A stretch of 64,000 bases of DNA from an uncultured bacterium. GTDB lineage: Bacteria; Acidobacteriota; HRBIN11; JAKEFK01. Each line of letters starts with the position of its first letter. Positions within the stretch are counted from its first letter, which is position 1. The translations under genes and the position numbers were made by a program. Under the pieces are notes generated by a model. That model saw nothing but the letters and a program-made list of their open reading frames with translations, did no database searches and was not told the DNA's origin. The stretch lies in NCBI GenBank assembly GCA_963777505.1, contig CAVZQN010000004.1:704001-768000 (forward strand), written 5' to 3'. Below, piece by piece: positions 1-9,798 of this stretch.

Positions 1-96
1 AGTGCGGATCGTCAGCTTAAGGTTTTTCATGAAACTGCTGACTTGCGTCGTGTTGTGGATCACGTAATTGAAGAAACGATGCGTGACGTTCGCTAA
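1..96 (+). CDS. 3' end of a probable carboxylate-amine ligase (YbdK/GCS2 family), partial
   Basis: Frame 1 reads SADRQLKVFHETADLRRVVDHVIEETMRDVR*, resembling the 'SADRQL...VVD' C-terminus of GCS2-family proteins. Only 31 codons are visible. Confidence 0.55.
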   Translation, partial: SADRQLKVFHETADLRRVVDHVIEETMRDVR

Positions 97-169
97 ATCC
101 CGCATTATCATTGATTTCAACCGTTTCCTTTGTTATAGTACGAGCTTTCATTGAAAACACTTTTTAGAT

Positions 170-242
170 GCCGGGATAGCTCAGTCGGTAGAGCGAAGGA
201 CTGAAAATCCTTGCGTGGGCGGTTCGATTCCGTCTCCCGGCA
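170..242 (+). tRNA. tRNA-Phe (GAA)
   Basis: Acceptor stem GCCGGGA/TCCCGGC, D arm AGCTCAGTCGGTAGAGC, anticodon arm AAGGA-CTGAAAA-TCCTT, T loop GGTTCGATTCC. CCA is not encoded. Confidence 0.96.
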
Positions 243-317
243 TTCCCATCCTAATTCGCCGCAACGCAGAAATGGAACAAATGAATCAAAAAACAAAATG
301 AAAGGTAGAGGGAAACT

Positions 318-1052
318 ATGGATTGGTTATCAGATCCTCAGGCATGGATTGGTTTATTAACTTTAACTGCATTGGAAATTGTTTTAGGGATCGACAATAT
401 AGTTTTCATATCTATTCTTTCCGGAAAACTCGCAGCGAATCAACAAAAACGCGCGCGGCGAATCGGTTTGGGGCTGGCCATGATTACCAGGATCATGCTG
501 CTATTTTCGATCAGCATGATCATGAAATTAACGAGTCCCTGGTTTTCTATCTTTGGAAATGAAATTTCTGGCCGTGATTTGATCCTGATAGTTGGTGGTC
601 TGTTTTTGCTTGCCAAAAGTACGCATGAAATTCACAGCAAACTTGAAGGCGAGGATCACGAAACAAAGGCTAAAGCTGTTTCCTCTTTTACAAGCGTACT
701 CATTCAAATCACGTTGTTGGATATCGTGTTTTCATTGGATTCAGTTATCACGGCAGTAGGAATGATTCAGCAGATTAGTATCATGATTATCGCAGTCATT
801 ATTGCAGTGATTATCATGATGATTTTTGCTGAACCGATCAGCGATTTCGTTCATCGTCATCCGACTGTCAAAATGCTTGCTCTGTCATTTTTACTGATGA
901 TCGGTCTTTTGCTTATCGCCGATGGGTTTGGTCAACATATTCCTAAAGGCTATGCATATTTCGCAATGGGTTTTTCGGTTTTCGTCGAGGTATTGAACTT
1001 AAGAGCGAAAAAAACGACGTCTGCAGTCAAGTTACACGAACCATACAAGTAA
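318..1052 (+). CDS. TerC family integral membrane protein
   Basis: Motifs LEIVLGIDN and DIVFSLDSVITAVG; multiple hydrophobic helices. Confidence 0.92.
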   Translation: MDWLSDPQAWIGLLTLTALEIVLGIDNIVFISILSGKLAANQQKRARRIGLGLAMITRIMLLFSISMIMKLTSPWFSIFGNEISGRDLILIVGGLFLLAKSTHEIHSKLEGEDHETKAKAVSSFTSVLIQITLLDIVFSLDSVITAVGMIQQISIMIIAVIIAVIIMMIFAEPISDFVHRHPTVKMLALSFLLMIGLLLIADGFGQHIPKGYAYFAMGFSVFVEVLNLRAKKTTSAVKLHEPYK

Positions 1053-1105
1053 CTTTTATGCGCTCTTCAACCGGTTTATCAATGGTATAATTAAGGAAGG
1101 GACTC

Positions 1106-3622
1106 ATGGGTAAAATAGCTCTTTTTGTAGCAGGAATTTGCTTTTTCACTCTCATCGGATCACTCTTCGCAGATCCAACATCCAAGATTCATCCTTGGGT
1201 TCTCACAAACACTGCTGGTGGACAACAAGCTGAATTTTTTGTTGTTCTGAAAGAACGCCCCGATCTGTCGCCGGCCTTTCAAATGTCAAGAAAAATCGAT
1301 CGTGGAACGTTTGTGTATCGATCATTGTTTGATACGGCTCAACGCGCTCAAGTTCCACTACAGGATTGGTTGAAAGCCAAAGGCATCAGGTATCAATCGT
1401 TTTACATTATTAATGCATTACTCATCACCGCAGGCCGTGAAATCGCGGATGAACTAGCAGCGCGTGATGATGTAGACAGAATTGAAGGCAATCCAATAAT
1501 CCGAAATATGATTCCAGAGCCTGCGTCTCAGCAAGATTCTCCCAATTCAATGGAAGCCATTGAATGGAGCATTGTTAGAACCAAAGCGCCTGATATGTGG
1601 GCGCTCGGTTATACCGGACAGGGCATCGTTGTCGGTGGAGCCGATACCGGTTATCGATGGACACACAATTCATTGCGCGGAAAATACCGCGGATGGAACG
1701 GATCTACTGCAGACCACGATTTCAACTGGCATGATTCAATTCACAGCGGTGGCGGAGCTTGTGGCGCCAACTCAGCAGCGCCTTGTGATGATAATGGTCA
1801 TGGCACTCATACGATGGGAACTGTCGTTGGAGATGATGGCGGCAGCAATCAAATCGGAATGGCTCCAGGCGCAAAATGGATCGGCTGTCGCAATATGAAT
1901 CAAGGGAATGGAACTCCGGCATCATACATCGAATGTTTTGAATTTTTTCTCGCACCGTATCCAGTCGGTGGAACTCCAGCTCAAGGTGATCCTGCACTCG
2001 CTCCGGATATCACATCGAATTCATGGAGTTGTCCGCCATCGGAAGGATGTTCAGCAACTTCATTACAAGCGGCTGTCGATGCGCAAAAAGCAGCAGGGAT
2101 CATGACTGTAGCTGCTGCTCAAAATTCTGGTCCTTCTTGCGGAACTGTAAACGATCCGATTGGTACGTATTTGTCAGCCTATACAGTTGGTTCTACTACA
2201 AATAACGCCAATAATCTTTTGTCCTCTTTTAGCAGCCGTGGACCAGCCGATTCAACTGGTTTAACAAAACCAAATATTGTTGCTCCCGGCTCCGGGATCC
2301 GTTCAGCATCTGTTAGCAGTGATACCACTTACACAGTTCTAAGTGGAACAAGTATGGCAACTCCTAACGTTGCGGGCGGAATCGCCGTAGTTTGGTCAGC
2401 TCTTCCAACTTATAAAAACGATCAGAATGCAACAGAGACTCTCATGAATGCATCTGCGATTCGTTTGCCGCACATCGTAGAGGCATGCGGCGGAGACTAT
2501 ACAAATGGTCCCAACAATTCCTGGGGACATGGTCTCATGGATGTACTTGCAGCATTCAATTCTGGTTGTACACCTCCGGCAGCACCAGAAAATTTAATCT
2601 CTTCACTCACTGTGAACAATGAAGTCTCACTCACGTGGGAAGCAGGATCGTTGGGTGGCGGCGGTACCAGCTATCAAGTTTTCCGCGGAGCTGGCGCATG
2701 CCCCGGTAGCGGTTTTACGCAAATCGGAAATCCTTCAGTTACAACCTTTCTTGATACCACAGTCAGCAACGGAAACACTTACAGCTATATGGTAAAGGCT
2801 CTTGATGTCTGCGCATCATCCTTTAGCAATTGCACCGATGAAACGATTCCATGCACATATTTATTGACACCGGACAATGCGACCGTTCCAGATACTGGTG
2901 GGCCGGGTTCATTCAATGTAACCGCGGGAGCTAGCTGCAATTGGACTCCAGTTAGCAATGATTCATGGATTCAAGTCACTTCAGGAAGTGGGAATGGAAA
3001 TGGGACTGTCAATTATTCTGTCGATGCCAATCCGGAGGACACACCTCGTAGCGGAACGATTACAGTAGTCGATCAAACTTTTACAATAAACCAGAATGCC
3101 GGCGCAGGTTGTTTGTTCTGTGATGATTTTGAAGATGGCATTCCGCCGGCTGATTGGACCTTTGTAAAACCAGGTTGGACCGAAACAGGCGGATATCTGG
3201 TTGGAACACCCATAAAGAAAAAAGCTGTTGCTGTAGCAACACCTGCGTTTGCTGGTTGTCTGAATTGTACTGTTCAAGCACAAATGCAAACCTCAGGCGG
3301 AGCGAGAAATATTCTTACATTGTTAGCCTGGTACATCAATAAACAAAATACAATGCAATTGTTAATGAGACAGGAATCGGGCAAGTGGATCTTAAAGCAG
3401 CGTTCTGGGGGAAGTGTTGTTGCAAAAGCCAAAGGAAGCTTTCCGATTTCTGTTGGTGTTGACTATACAGTATCTCTTTCTTACAACGGGACTCAGTTTG
3501 AATTGTCAGTAAATTCAACACCTGTTCTGACACTCATTCCAGCTCAACCTGTATCTGCAGGTACAGCTGGATTCGAATCAAGAAATACAATAGGAAAGTT
3601 TAGCGAAATCTCAATTAATTAA
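1106..3622 (+). CDS. Secreted S8 (subtilisin/bacillopeptidase F-like) serine protease with FN3, BACON-like and C-terminal beta domains
   Basis: Signal peptide; catalytic triad motifs ADTG, HGTHTMGT and GTSMATP; FN3-like repeat; BACON-like 'CNWTPVSNDSWI...V.Q' segment. Confidence 0.92.
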   Translation: MGKIALFVAGICFFTLIGSLFADPTSKIHPWVLTNTAGGQQAEFFVVLKERPDLSPAFQMSRKIDRGTFVYRSLFDTAQRAQVPLQDWLKAKGIRYQSFYIINALLITAGREIADELAARDDVDRIEGNPIIRNMIPEPASQQDSPNSMEAIEWSIVRTKAPDMWALGYTGQGIVVGGADTGYRWTHNSLRGKYRGWNGSTADHDFNWHDSIHSGGGACGANSAAPCDDNGHGTHTMGTVVGDDGGSNQIGMAPGAKWIGCRNMNQGNGTPASYIECFEFFLAPYPVGGTPAQGDPALAPDITSNSWSCPPSEGCSATSLQAAVDAQKAAGIMTVAAAQNSGPSCGTVNDPIGTYLSAYTVGSTTNNANNLLSSFSSRGPADSTGLTKPNIVAPGSGIRSASVSSDTTYTVLSGTSMATPNVAGGIAVVWSALPTYKNDQNATETLMNASAIRLPHIVEACGGDYTNGPNNSWGHGLMDVLAAFNSGCTPPAAPENLISSLTVNNEVSLTWEAGSLGGGGTSYQVFRGAGACPGSGFTQIGNPSVTTFLDTTVSNGNTYSYMVKALDVCASSFSNCTDETIPCTYLLTPDNATVPDTGGPGSFNVTAGASCNWTPVSNDSWIQVTSGSGNGNGTVNYSVDANPEDTPRSGTITVVDQTFTINQNAGAGCLFCDDFEDGIPPADWTFVKPGWTETGGYLVGTPIKKKAVAVATPAFAGCLNCTVQAQMQTSGGARNILTLLAWYINKQNTMQLLMRQESGKWILKQRSGGSVVAKAKGSFPISVGVDYTVSLSYNGTQFELSVNSTPVLTLIPAQPVSAGTAGFESRNTIGKFSEISIN

Positions 3623-3704
3623 GAGCGGACTTAAGCCGAAAGATTCTTATTAGGCGTGAAAAAGAATTATTAATCGGAGCCCCCCGATGATTAAGGAGTC
3701 GCCT

Positions 3705-4460
3705 ATGAAAGTTGTTCGGATTCTGTTTTTTGTTTTTCTTGTTCCAACTCTTGCCTTCGCACAATACAAAATCGTTCTTAAGAACGGAAAAGTAATTGAA
3801 GGGAAGTACTTGCATGAGGACCAGGCAAACATTTACGTCGAGTCCAATGGAATTCAAATGAATTTCAAAAAAGAAAGATTGGATCTCGATAAAATGAAAG
3901 AACTGAATACGACCGTACCTGCTCCTGTAGAAGTGCCAGCCCAGAAGCCCGCTTCCCGAACCGCAGCAGCACCCAAGGCTTCCGTAAAAAAAGCAGCCCG
4001 CGTTTATACTACTGAAGACCTCAAACAGATGAAGGAAATCTGGGATGAAGGCAAAGAAGAAACTGAAGCGAGTCCTGCTGAGGCGGCATCACCGGTAGCG
4101 CAATCTGAAGTTCCTCAAACAGCACCTGTTGCGGCAGAAGTTCCAGAGACGGCTTCCGAAGTTCAGACAATGCCATCAGAAAGTGTTGCGCCAGTTCCGG
4201 CTTCTCCCGAAGCACAATCTCAACCCGTTGAAGCTGTTGTTCCGGCTGAGCCTTCAGGTCCGCGTGATGAGAAAACGATCAGGGACGAGATTGAAACGAC
4301 TCAATTGCAGATAACAGAGACTGAAAAACTGATTCAGGAGCTCCGCGCGAAAGGTCGTGTCACTGCAAACTGGGAAAAACTTGTTGTAAAGCAGAAGCAG
4401 CGCATTGTTGATTTGCAGCAAGAATTGAAGGATTCCATCGCCGCGCGTAAACGTTCGTAG
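3705..4460 (+). CDS. Exported hypothetical protein (small N-terminal beta domain, Pro/Ala/Glu linker, C-terminal coiled coil)
   Basis: AAGGAG RBS before ATG 3705; signal peptide ending AFA; 'IVLKNGKVIEG' module. Confidence 0.75.
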   Translation: MKVVRILFFVFLVPTLAFAQYKIVLKNGKVIEGKYLHEDQANIYVESNGIQMNFKKERLDLDKMKELNTTVPAPVEVPAQKPASRTAAAPKASVKKAARVYTTEDLKQMKEIWDEGKEETEASPAEAASPVAQSEVPQTAPVAAEVPETASEVQTMPSESVAPVPASPEAQSQPVEAVVPAEPSGPRDEKTIRDEIETTQLQITETEKLIQELRAKGRVTANWEKLVVKQKQRIVDLQQELKDSIAARKRS

Positions 4461-4491
4461 TAGGGCACGCAGTGCAGTCTTTACGCCGGGG

Positions 4492-4520
4492 TTGACACGG
4501 CTCGTCCACAGTGCTACTTT
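4492..4520 (+). promoter_or_regulatory. Sigma70-type promoter of the his operon
   Basis: TTGACA (4492-4497), 17 bp spacer, TACTTT (4515-4520) with an extended TG. Confidence 0.6.
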
Positions 4521-4532
4521 AGTATACTAAAG
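4517..4532. promoter_or_regulatory. Palindromic operator 1 (TrpR-like/HisR type)
   Basis: Perfect 16-bp palindrome CTTTAGTATACTAAAG overlapping the -10 box, just before the regulator ATG. Confidence 0.75.
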
Positions 4533-4534
4533 CG

Positions 4535-4822
4535 ATGAGAAAAGTAGCTTCCAAAGATGTTGATGCGTTATACCGCGCCGTTCTTACTTTGCGAACCGTA
4601 AGCGAGGCACGCCGATTCTTCCGTGACTTGCTTACCCCCACTGAAATTGAAGAATTTGCCGAACGCTGGAAAGCAGCACGAATGCTCGCTGATGGTGTTC
4701 CCTATACTCAAATCGTAGAAAAAACGGGAATCAGCTCCACAACTGTCGCACGTGTATCACGATGGTTGAAGAAGGGTACCGGCGGCTACAAATTGGCCCT
4801 TCGCCGTTCTCACCGTTTTTAG
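4535..4822 (+). CDS. TrpR-like (YerC/YecD, HisR-type) transcriptional repressor
   Basis: FFRDLLTPTE...ERW...ML...Y..I...TG.S.TTV.RV.R.L..G.GGY pattern; first gene of the his operon. Confidence 0.9.
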   Translation: MRKVASKDVDALYRAVLTLRTVSEARRFFRDLLTPTEIEEFAERWKAARMLADGVPYTQIVEKTGISSTTVARVSRWLKKGTGGYKLALRRSHRF

Positions 4823-4840
4823 TTTTTTTTAACCAGAACG

Positions 4841-4856
4841 CTTTACTCAACTAAAG
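4841..4856. promoter_or_regulatory. Palindromic operator 2 (CTTTA-N6-TAAAG)
   Basis: CTTTACTCAACTAAAG directly before the hisG ATG; same arms and spacing as operator 1. Confidence 0.65.
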
Positions 4857-4857
4857 T

Positions 4858-5733
4858 ATGATTGCAAATAATGGTCGTCTTAAAATAGCCGTTCAAAAAA
4901 GTGGACGTATCACTGAGGATTCACTTCATTTGCTGCGTTCCACTGGTCTAGCATTTGAATATACCGGACGTTCCTTGCTTTCTCCCTGTGAAAATTTTCC
5001 GCTGGATATTCTCTGGCTCCGTGATGATGACATCCCTGAATATGTTCAGGATGGTGTGAGTGACCTCGGAATCGTAGGACTCAATGTGCTTGAGGAACGC
5101 CGGGCCCGCGTTCGAACTCTTGAGCATCTTGGATTTGGACGTTGTCGATTGAGCATTTGTGTTCCTCAGGAAAGTAAATTTGGTAAACTATCGGATCTTC
5201 GAAAAAAGCGCATTGCAACTTCGTATCCTCGTGCATTGAAGCGCTACTTGAATGCACAGAATATAAAAGCGGAAATCATCGAAATTAGCGGATCTGTGGA
5301 GCTTGCTCCGGCATTAGATGTTGCCGATGCAATCTGTGATCTGGTGTCAACGGGAAGTACGGCACGCGTCAATGGACTTGAACCCAAATTTACAGTATTC
5401 GAATCTGAAGCAATTTTGATCGCAAATAATTCTGCGCTTGAAAATCCAGAAAGAAAAAAAGATATAGAAAGATTAGTATTTCGAATTCGTTGTACACGAA
5501 ATGCCCATGGCCGCAAATACGTAATGATGAACGCGCCCGCTTCCAAAGTTGAACGCATTCGTCAACTTGTTCCTGGAATGAAGAGTCCCACTGTTGTTCC
5601 TCTGGCGAATCCTGAAATGGTTGCAATTCATTCTGTCGTTGCAGAAGATGGTTTGTGGGAACTCATCGAAAAATTAAAACAAGCTGGTGCAAGCGACATC
5701 ATTGTTGTTCCGATTGAAAAGATGATTTCATGA
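4858..5733 (+). CDS. hisG: ATP phosphoribosyltransferase (long form)
   Basis: LKIAVQKSGR, RDDDIPEYV, SGSVELAP, DAICDLVSTGST motifs; C-terminal regulatory domain. Confidence 0.97.
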   Translation: MIANNGRLKIAVQKSGRITEDSLHLLRSTGLAFEYTGRSLLSPCENFPLDILWLRDDDIPEYVQDGVSDLGIVGLNVLEERRARVRTLEHLGFGRCRLSICVPQESKFGKLSDLRKKRIATSYPRALKRYLNAQNIKAEIIEISGSVELAPALDVADAICDLVSTGSTARVNGLEPKFTVFESEAILIANNSALENPERKKDIERLVFRIRCTRNAHGRKYVMMNAPASKVERIRQLVPGMKSPTVVPLANPEMVAIHSVVAEDGLWELIEKLKQAGASDIIVVPIEKMIS

Positions 5734-8102
5734 CTATGATGAAAATTTACCAGTACAATGAACTCAATGAGATGACGTTGCAGTCTCTTACACGCAGGCC
5801 TTCATTCAGTTCGGCTGCTGATTTGGAGAGCGTACATGCGGTAATCCGTGATGTTGAATTAAACGGAGATGAGGCGGTGCGCCGTTATACGCTGCAATGG
5901 GATGGCATATTTGTTGAGACACTGGAGGTTTCATCTGAGGAATGGGCAGAAGGTGCATCCAGTGTGTCTGGAGAAGTTTGGTCTGCGTTGCATAAAGCTG
6001 CACGCAATATTGAAGCTTTTCACAGGCAGCAAATCCCGGTGTCAATCGAATTAGAAACAGCGCCGGGGGTCTTGTGTAAACGGGAATGGCGTCCACTTCG
6101 GCGTGTTGGTTTATATGTTCCTGGCGGCACTGCGCCTCTTGTCTCCACAGTCTTGATGCTGGGAATTCCAGCGCGTCTAGCCGGCTGTTCAGAGATATTC
6201 CTTTTCTCGCCGCCTGATAGCGATGGCTTAATTGCTCCTGCCATACTTGCTGCCGCAAGAGTTGCAGGTGTACATCGTATTTTCAGGGTAGGTGGTTCTC
6301 AAGCGATCGCAGCAATGGCTTTAGGAACTGAAACAATTCCGCGTGTGGATAAAATTTTTGGACCTGGAAACAGGTTTGTTACCGCAGCAAAAGCAGCAGT
6401 ATCACGTTCGCCTTACAATACAGGAATTGATTTGATCGCGGGTCCCAGTGAACTACTTATTATTGCGGATGAAACTTCCGATACTGATTGGCTTGCTGCA
6501 GACTTGTTAACTCAAACAGAACATGGAAGCGATTCGCAGGTTGTTCTGATCTCTACTTCTGCGGATCTCGTTACTACGATCATTGCGAAGCTGAAAGATC
6601 GTCTTGAATTATTACCTCGAAAATCGATAGCGGAAGAATCGCTCCAACATAGTTTTGCAATCATTACTGAGAATCTCAATCAGGCATTTCATTTTGCAAA
6701 CTTGTACGCTCCTGAACATTTAATGATTTCAGTTCAGGATGCTGAAAAGTACACTTCAGAAATTCAAAATGCCGGATCTGTGTTTTTAGGTCCGCTGACG
6801 ACAGTCGTTTTTGGAGATTATGCTTCTGGAACAAACCATACACTTCCTACGAATGGCACTGCACGATTTAGCGGTGGGTTAATTGTAGAAAGTTTTATGA
6901 AGCCGATCAGCTTTCAAAAAGTATCCTCTGAAGGTGTTGCGGCGCTCGTAGATACAGTTCGAGTTCTTGCACGCGTGGAAGGTCTCGAAGCACATGCGAT
7001 TGCGGCGGAATTTCGGATTATTGCGGCAACAGTTTCTCCGCCAAATCCCTCCAATACTGTCGATCATTGTATTCGGCCAAACCTGCGCAATTTTATTCCT
7101 TACACTTCGGCACGAAGCGAATCCATTCAAGGCAGCATCTATCTCGATGCAAATGAATTGTCATCAGGAAGCGTCATTTCAAATGATATCGTTTCACTCA
7201 ATCGTTATCCTGATCCAGTTCAATCTGAACTTCGATCAAGCCTTGCTGAAAGACTGGATGTTCCCGCCGATTCTGTATTTACAGGAAACGGATCGGATGA
7301 AATTATCGATCTTCTGGTGCGGCTATTTTGCGAACCACATAAAGATGAAGTCGCAATTCTTGATCCAACGTATGGCGTTTACGAAGTTGCTGCCCAGGTG
7401 CAATCTGCAAGAGTCGTAAAAATCAGCTTAGATGATCATTTCCAGATTCATACTGAGTCTGTACTGGAATGTACCGGTCATTCAACGCACTTGCTTTTTT
7501 GCTGCTCGCCGAATAACCCAACCGGAAATCTGTTAAATCGCGACAGCATTCTAGAGCTTGTCACAGCGCTTAGAAATACAATTGTAGTCGTTGATGAAGC
7601 CTACATAGAGTTTGCTCAGACTTCTTCGCTGGCAAAAGAAGCCGCGTCTTTTCCGAATCTTGTGGTTTTACGGACTCTTTCCAAAGCCTGGGGTTTAGCC
7701 GGAATTCGTCTTGGTTATTGCATTGCTTCTCCTTTGATTATTGCAGCTCTTAACAAAATAAAGCCGCCTTACAATGTGAATGCTTTGACAATGCAAACTG
7801 CGTTGAGCGCCTTGAAGCATCGCGCCTTTGTGGATAAGACAGTACAAACAATTGCTGCAGAGCGATTTCGTCTGGGTGAAGTATTAGGCACTCTTCCTTC
7901 TGTCGTTTACGTTTATCCAAGCGCCGCTAACTTCTTGCTAGTCCGGTTTAGAGATGCAGTGGCTGCATACCGAAGACTGTTATCTGAAGGGATCGTCGTC
8001 CGTCGACGATCAGAAAAACGGCTTCAGGACTGTTTGCGGATCACGATTGGAACACCTGAAGAAAATAGCCGCGTATTAACTGTTCTGTCGGGGCTCGAAT
8101 GA
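5730..8102 (+). CDS. hisD-hisC: Fused histidinol dehydrogenase / histidinol-phosphate aminotransferase (HisD-HisC)
   Basis: N-terminal ~430 aa: GLYVPGG, DKIFGPGN, AGPSE, APEHL, GDYASGTNHTLPT (HisD). C-terminal part: LDANE, NRYPDP, GNGSDE, SPNNPTGN, DEAY, RTLSKAWGLAGIRLG (HisC). Confidence 0.93.
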   Translation: MTMMKIYQYNELNEMTLQSLTRRPSFSSAADLESVHAVIRDVELNGDEAVRRYTLQWDGIFVETLEVSSEEWAEGASSVSGEVWSALHKAARNIEAFHRQQIPVSIELETAPGVLCKREWRPLRRVGLYVPGGTAPLVSTVLMLGIPARLAGCSEIFLFSPPDSDGLIAPAILAAARVAGVHRIFRVGGSQAIAAMALGTETIPRVDKIFGPGNRFVTAAKAAVSRSPYNTGIDLIAGPSELLIIADETSDTDWLAADLLTQTEHGSDSQVVLISTSADLVTTIIAKLKDRLELLPRKSIAEESLQHSFAIITENLNQAFHFANLYAPEHLMISVQDAEKYTSEIQNAGSVFLGPLTTVVFGDYASGTNHTLPTNGTARFSGGLIVESFMKPISFQKVSSEGVAALVDTVRVLARVEGLEAHAIAAEFRIIAATVSPPNPSNTVDHCIRPNLRNFIPYTSARSESIQGSIYLDANELSSGSVISNDIVSLNRYPDPVQSELRSSLAERLDVPADSVFTGNGSDEIIDLLVRLFCEPHKDEVAILDPTYGVYEVAAQVQSARVVKISLDDHFQIHTESVLECTGHSTHLLFCCSPNNPTGNLLNRDSILELVTALRNTIVVVDEAYIEFAQTSSLAKEAASFPNLVVLRTLSKAWGLAGIRLGYCIASPLIIAALNKIKPPYNVNALTMQTALSALKHRAFVDKTVQTIAAERFRLGEVLGTLPSVVYVYPSAANFLLVRFRDAVAAYRRLLSEGIVVRRRSEKRLQDCLRITIGTPEENSRVLTVLSGLE

Positions 8103-9190
8103 AGAAAGTAGTTTTTGTAGACAGAGATGGAACCATTGTTGTGGAGCCTCCTGATCAGCAAGTCGATTCTCTGGAAAAACTTGAATTCATTCCTGGCATC
8201 ATTCAGGGTTTACGCCTTCTATCCGATTCAGGATTTTTTCTGGTGATGGTGACAAACCAGGATGGTCTTGGGATGCCGCAATATCCAAAAGAATCTTTTG
8301 AACAAGTTCAGAAAAAAATCATACGATTCTTAAAAAGTGAAGGGATCCATTTCGATCGAATTTATGTTTGCCCGCACTTCCCGAGTGATGCCTGCTCCTG
8401 TCGTAAACCGCATCCAGGTGCAGCCGGCTCATACATGAAAAGAAATAAGATTGATCTTTCGAACTCGTTTGTTTTTGGCGATCGTGAAACTGATGTAGAG
8501 TTTGCTTCCAATCTTGGTATACGCTCGGTTCGATTAACTTCACAAAAAAGTCAGGCCGAGTTTAAGACAAAGAACGCTCTGGAAGCTTGTCGATACATTG
8601 CGCATGCCTCACGATCAGCATCCGTTAGCAGAAAGACAAAAGAAACTGATATTCAGGTTCGTGTTGCGCTGGATGGTACGGGTGACCACACAGTATCCAC
8701 AGGAATAAAGTTTTTCGATCACATGCTTTCACAGCTATCCAGGCACTCGCTGATTGATATGATGATTGCAGCAAATGGAGATATTGAAATCGATGAGCAT
8801 CATACAGTTGAAGATGTAGGAATTGTTTTGGGGGAAGCCTTAAGACAAGCGTTAGGTTCAAAAAAGGGAATTGAACGATTTGCTTTTGCTGCGCCTTTAG
8901 ATGAAGCGCTGGCGAATGTTTCTCTTGATCTAAGTGGAAGAAGTCATCTTACATTCCACTGTGATTTCAAACGCGAACGCATCGGAGATTTGCCATCTGA
9001 ACTTCTGGAAGATTTTTTCAAAGCACTGGCTGATGGGCTTGGAGCTGGACTTCATATCCGTTGCACCGGAAGAAATGATCATCACAAAGCTGAAGCAATT
9101 TTTAAGACAACAGCACGTGCATTGAAGCTCGCGGTGCGAATCGATGAAAAACAATTGTCGAAAATCCCATCTACAAAAGGGAAATTGTAG
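8099..9190 (+). CDS. hisB: Bifunctional histidinol-phosphatase / imidazoleglycerol-phosphate dehydratase
   Basis: HAD motif DRDGT, CRKP and GDRETD, followed by RKTKETDI, FFDHML, DEHHTVEDVG and NDHHKAEAIFK. Confidence 0.96.
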   Translation: MKKVVFVDRDGTIVVEPPDQQVDSLEKLEFIPGIIQGLRLLSDSGFFLVMVTNQDGLGMPQYPKESFEQVQKKIIRFLKSEGIHFDRIYVCPHFPSDACSCRKPHPGAAGSYMKRNKIDLSNSFVFGDRETDVEFASNLGIRSVRLTSQKSQAEFKTKNALEACRYIAHASRSASVSRKTKETDIQVRVALDGTGDHTVSTGIKFFDHMLSQLSRHSLIDMMIAANGDIEIDEHHTVEDVGIVLGEALRQALGSKKGIERFAFAAPLDEALANVSLDLSGRSHLTFHCDFKRERIGDLPSELLEDFFKALADGLGAGLHIRCTGRNDHHKAEAIFKTTARALKLAVRIDEKQLSKIPSTKGKL

Positions 9191-9192
9191 TT

Positions 9193-9798
9193 ATGGGTAT
9201 GCTTGGGATCATCGATTATGACGCCGGCAACATTGCTTCCATAAAAAATGCTCTCACCGCAGCAGAAATCCCGCATTGTGTCAGTTCATCGGTGGATGTT
9301 TTGAAGCAATGTTCAGGGATTTTACTTCCAGGAGTTGGAGCTGCTCCTGCAGCAATGCGATCTCTTGAAAAAACAGGACTGACTACATTTCTACAAACGT
9401 TGAGTATGCCGTTTCTCGGCGTTTGTCTCGGAATGCAGGTATTATTTGAACGATCTGAAGAAGGGAATACAAAATGTTTGGGAATTATCTCAGGCGAAGT
9501 TCTGCAGTTTGATAATCGTGCTGCTCGTGTCCCGCATATGGGCTGGAATCAGGTTCGTTTGAAACGAACCTCTTCACTCGTTGAATCTGAATCGTATTTT
9601 TATTTTGCCCACTCTTTTTACGTTCCAATAAATAAGTATACTGATACAGTTGCTGAAAGTGGTGTAGAATTTTCAGCAGGAATTCAAAAGGGTTTATATT
9701 TCGGGGTTCAATTTCATCCTGAAAAATCGGGGCGTTCAGGTATGATGCTTTTCCGGTCATTTTGGAAATTATGCGAATCATTCCAGCCATTGACTTAA
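9193..9798 (+). CDS. hisH: Imidazole glycerol phosphate synthase, glutaminase subunit
   Basis: LPGVG, GVCLGMQ, PHMGWN and QFHPEKS motifs. Confidence 0.96.
   Translation: MGMLGIIDYDAGNIASIKNALTAAEIPHCVSSSVDVLKQCSGILLPGVGAAPAAMRSLEKTGLTTFLQTLSMPFLGVCLGMQVLFERSEEGNTKCLGIISGEVLQFDNRAARVPHMGWNQVRLKRTSSLVESESYFYFAHSFYVPINKYTDTVAESGVEFSAGIQKGLYFGVQFHPEKSGRSGMMLFRSFWKLCESFQPLT

Noticed and set aside
4461-4857. His leader-peptide attenuator or T-box
   Set aside because: There is no His-codon run and no room for a leader; the palindromic operators explain the regulation better.
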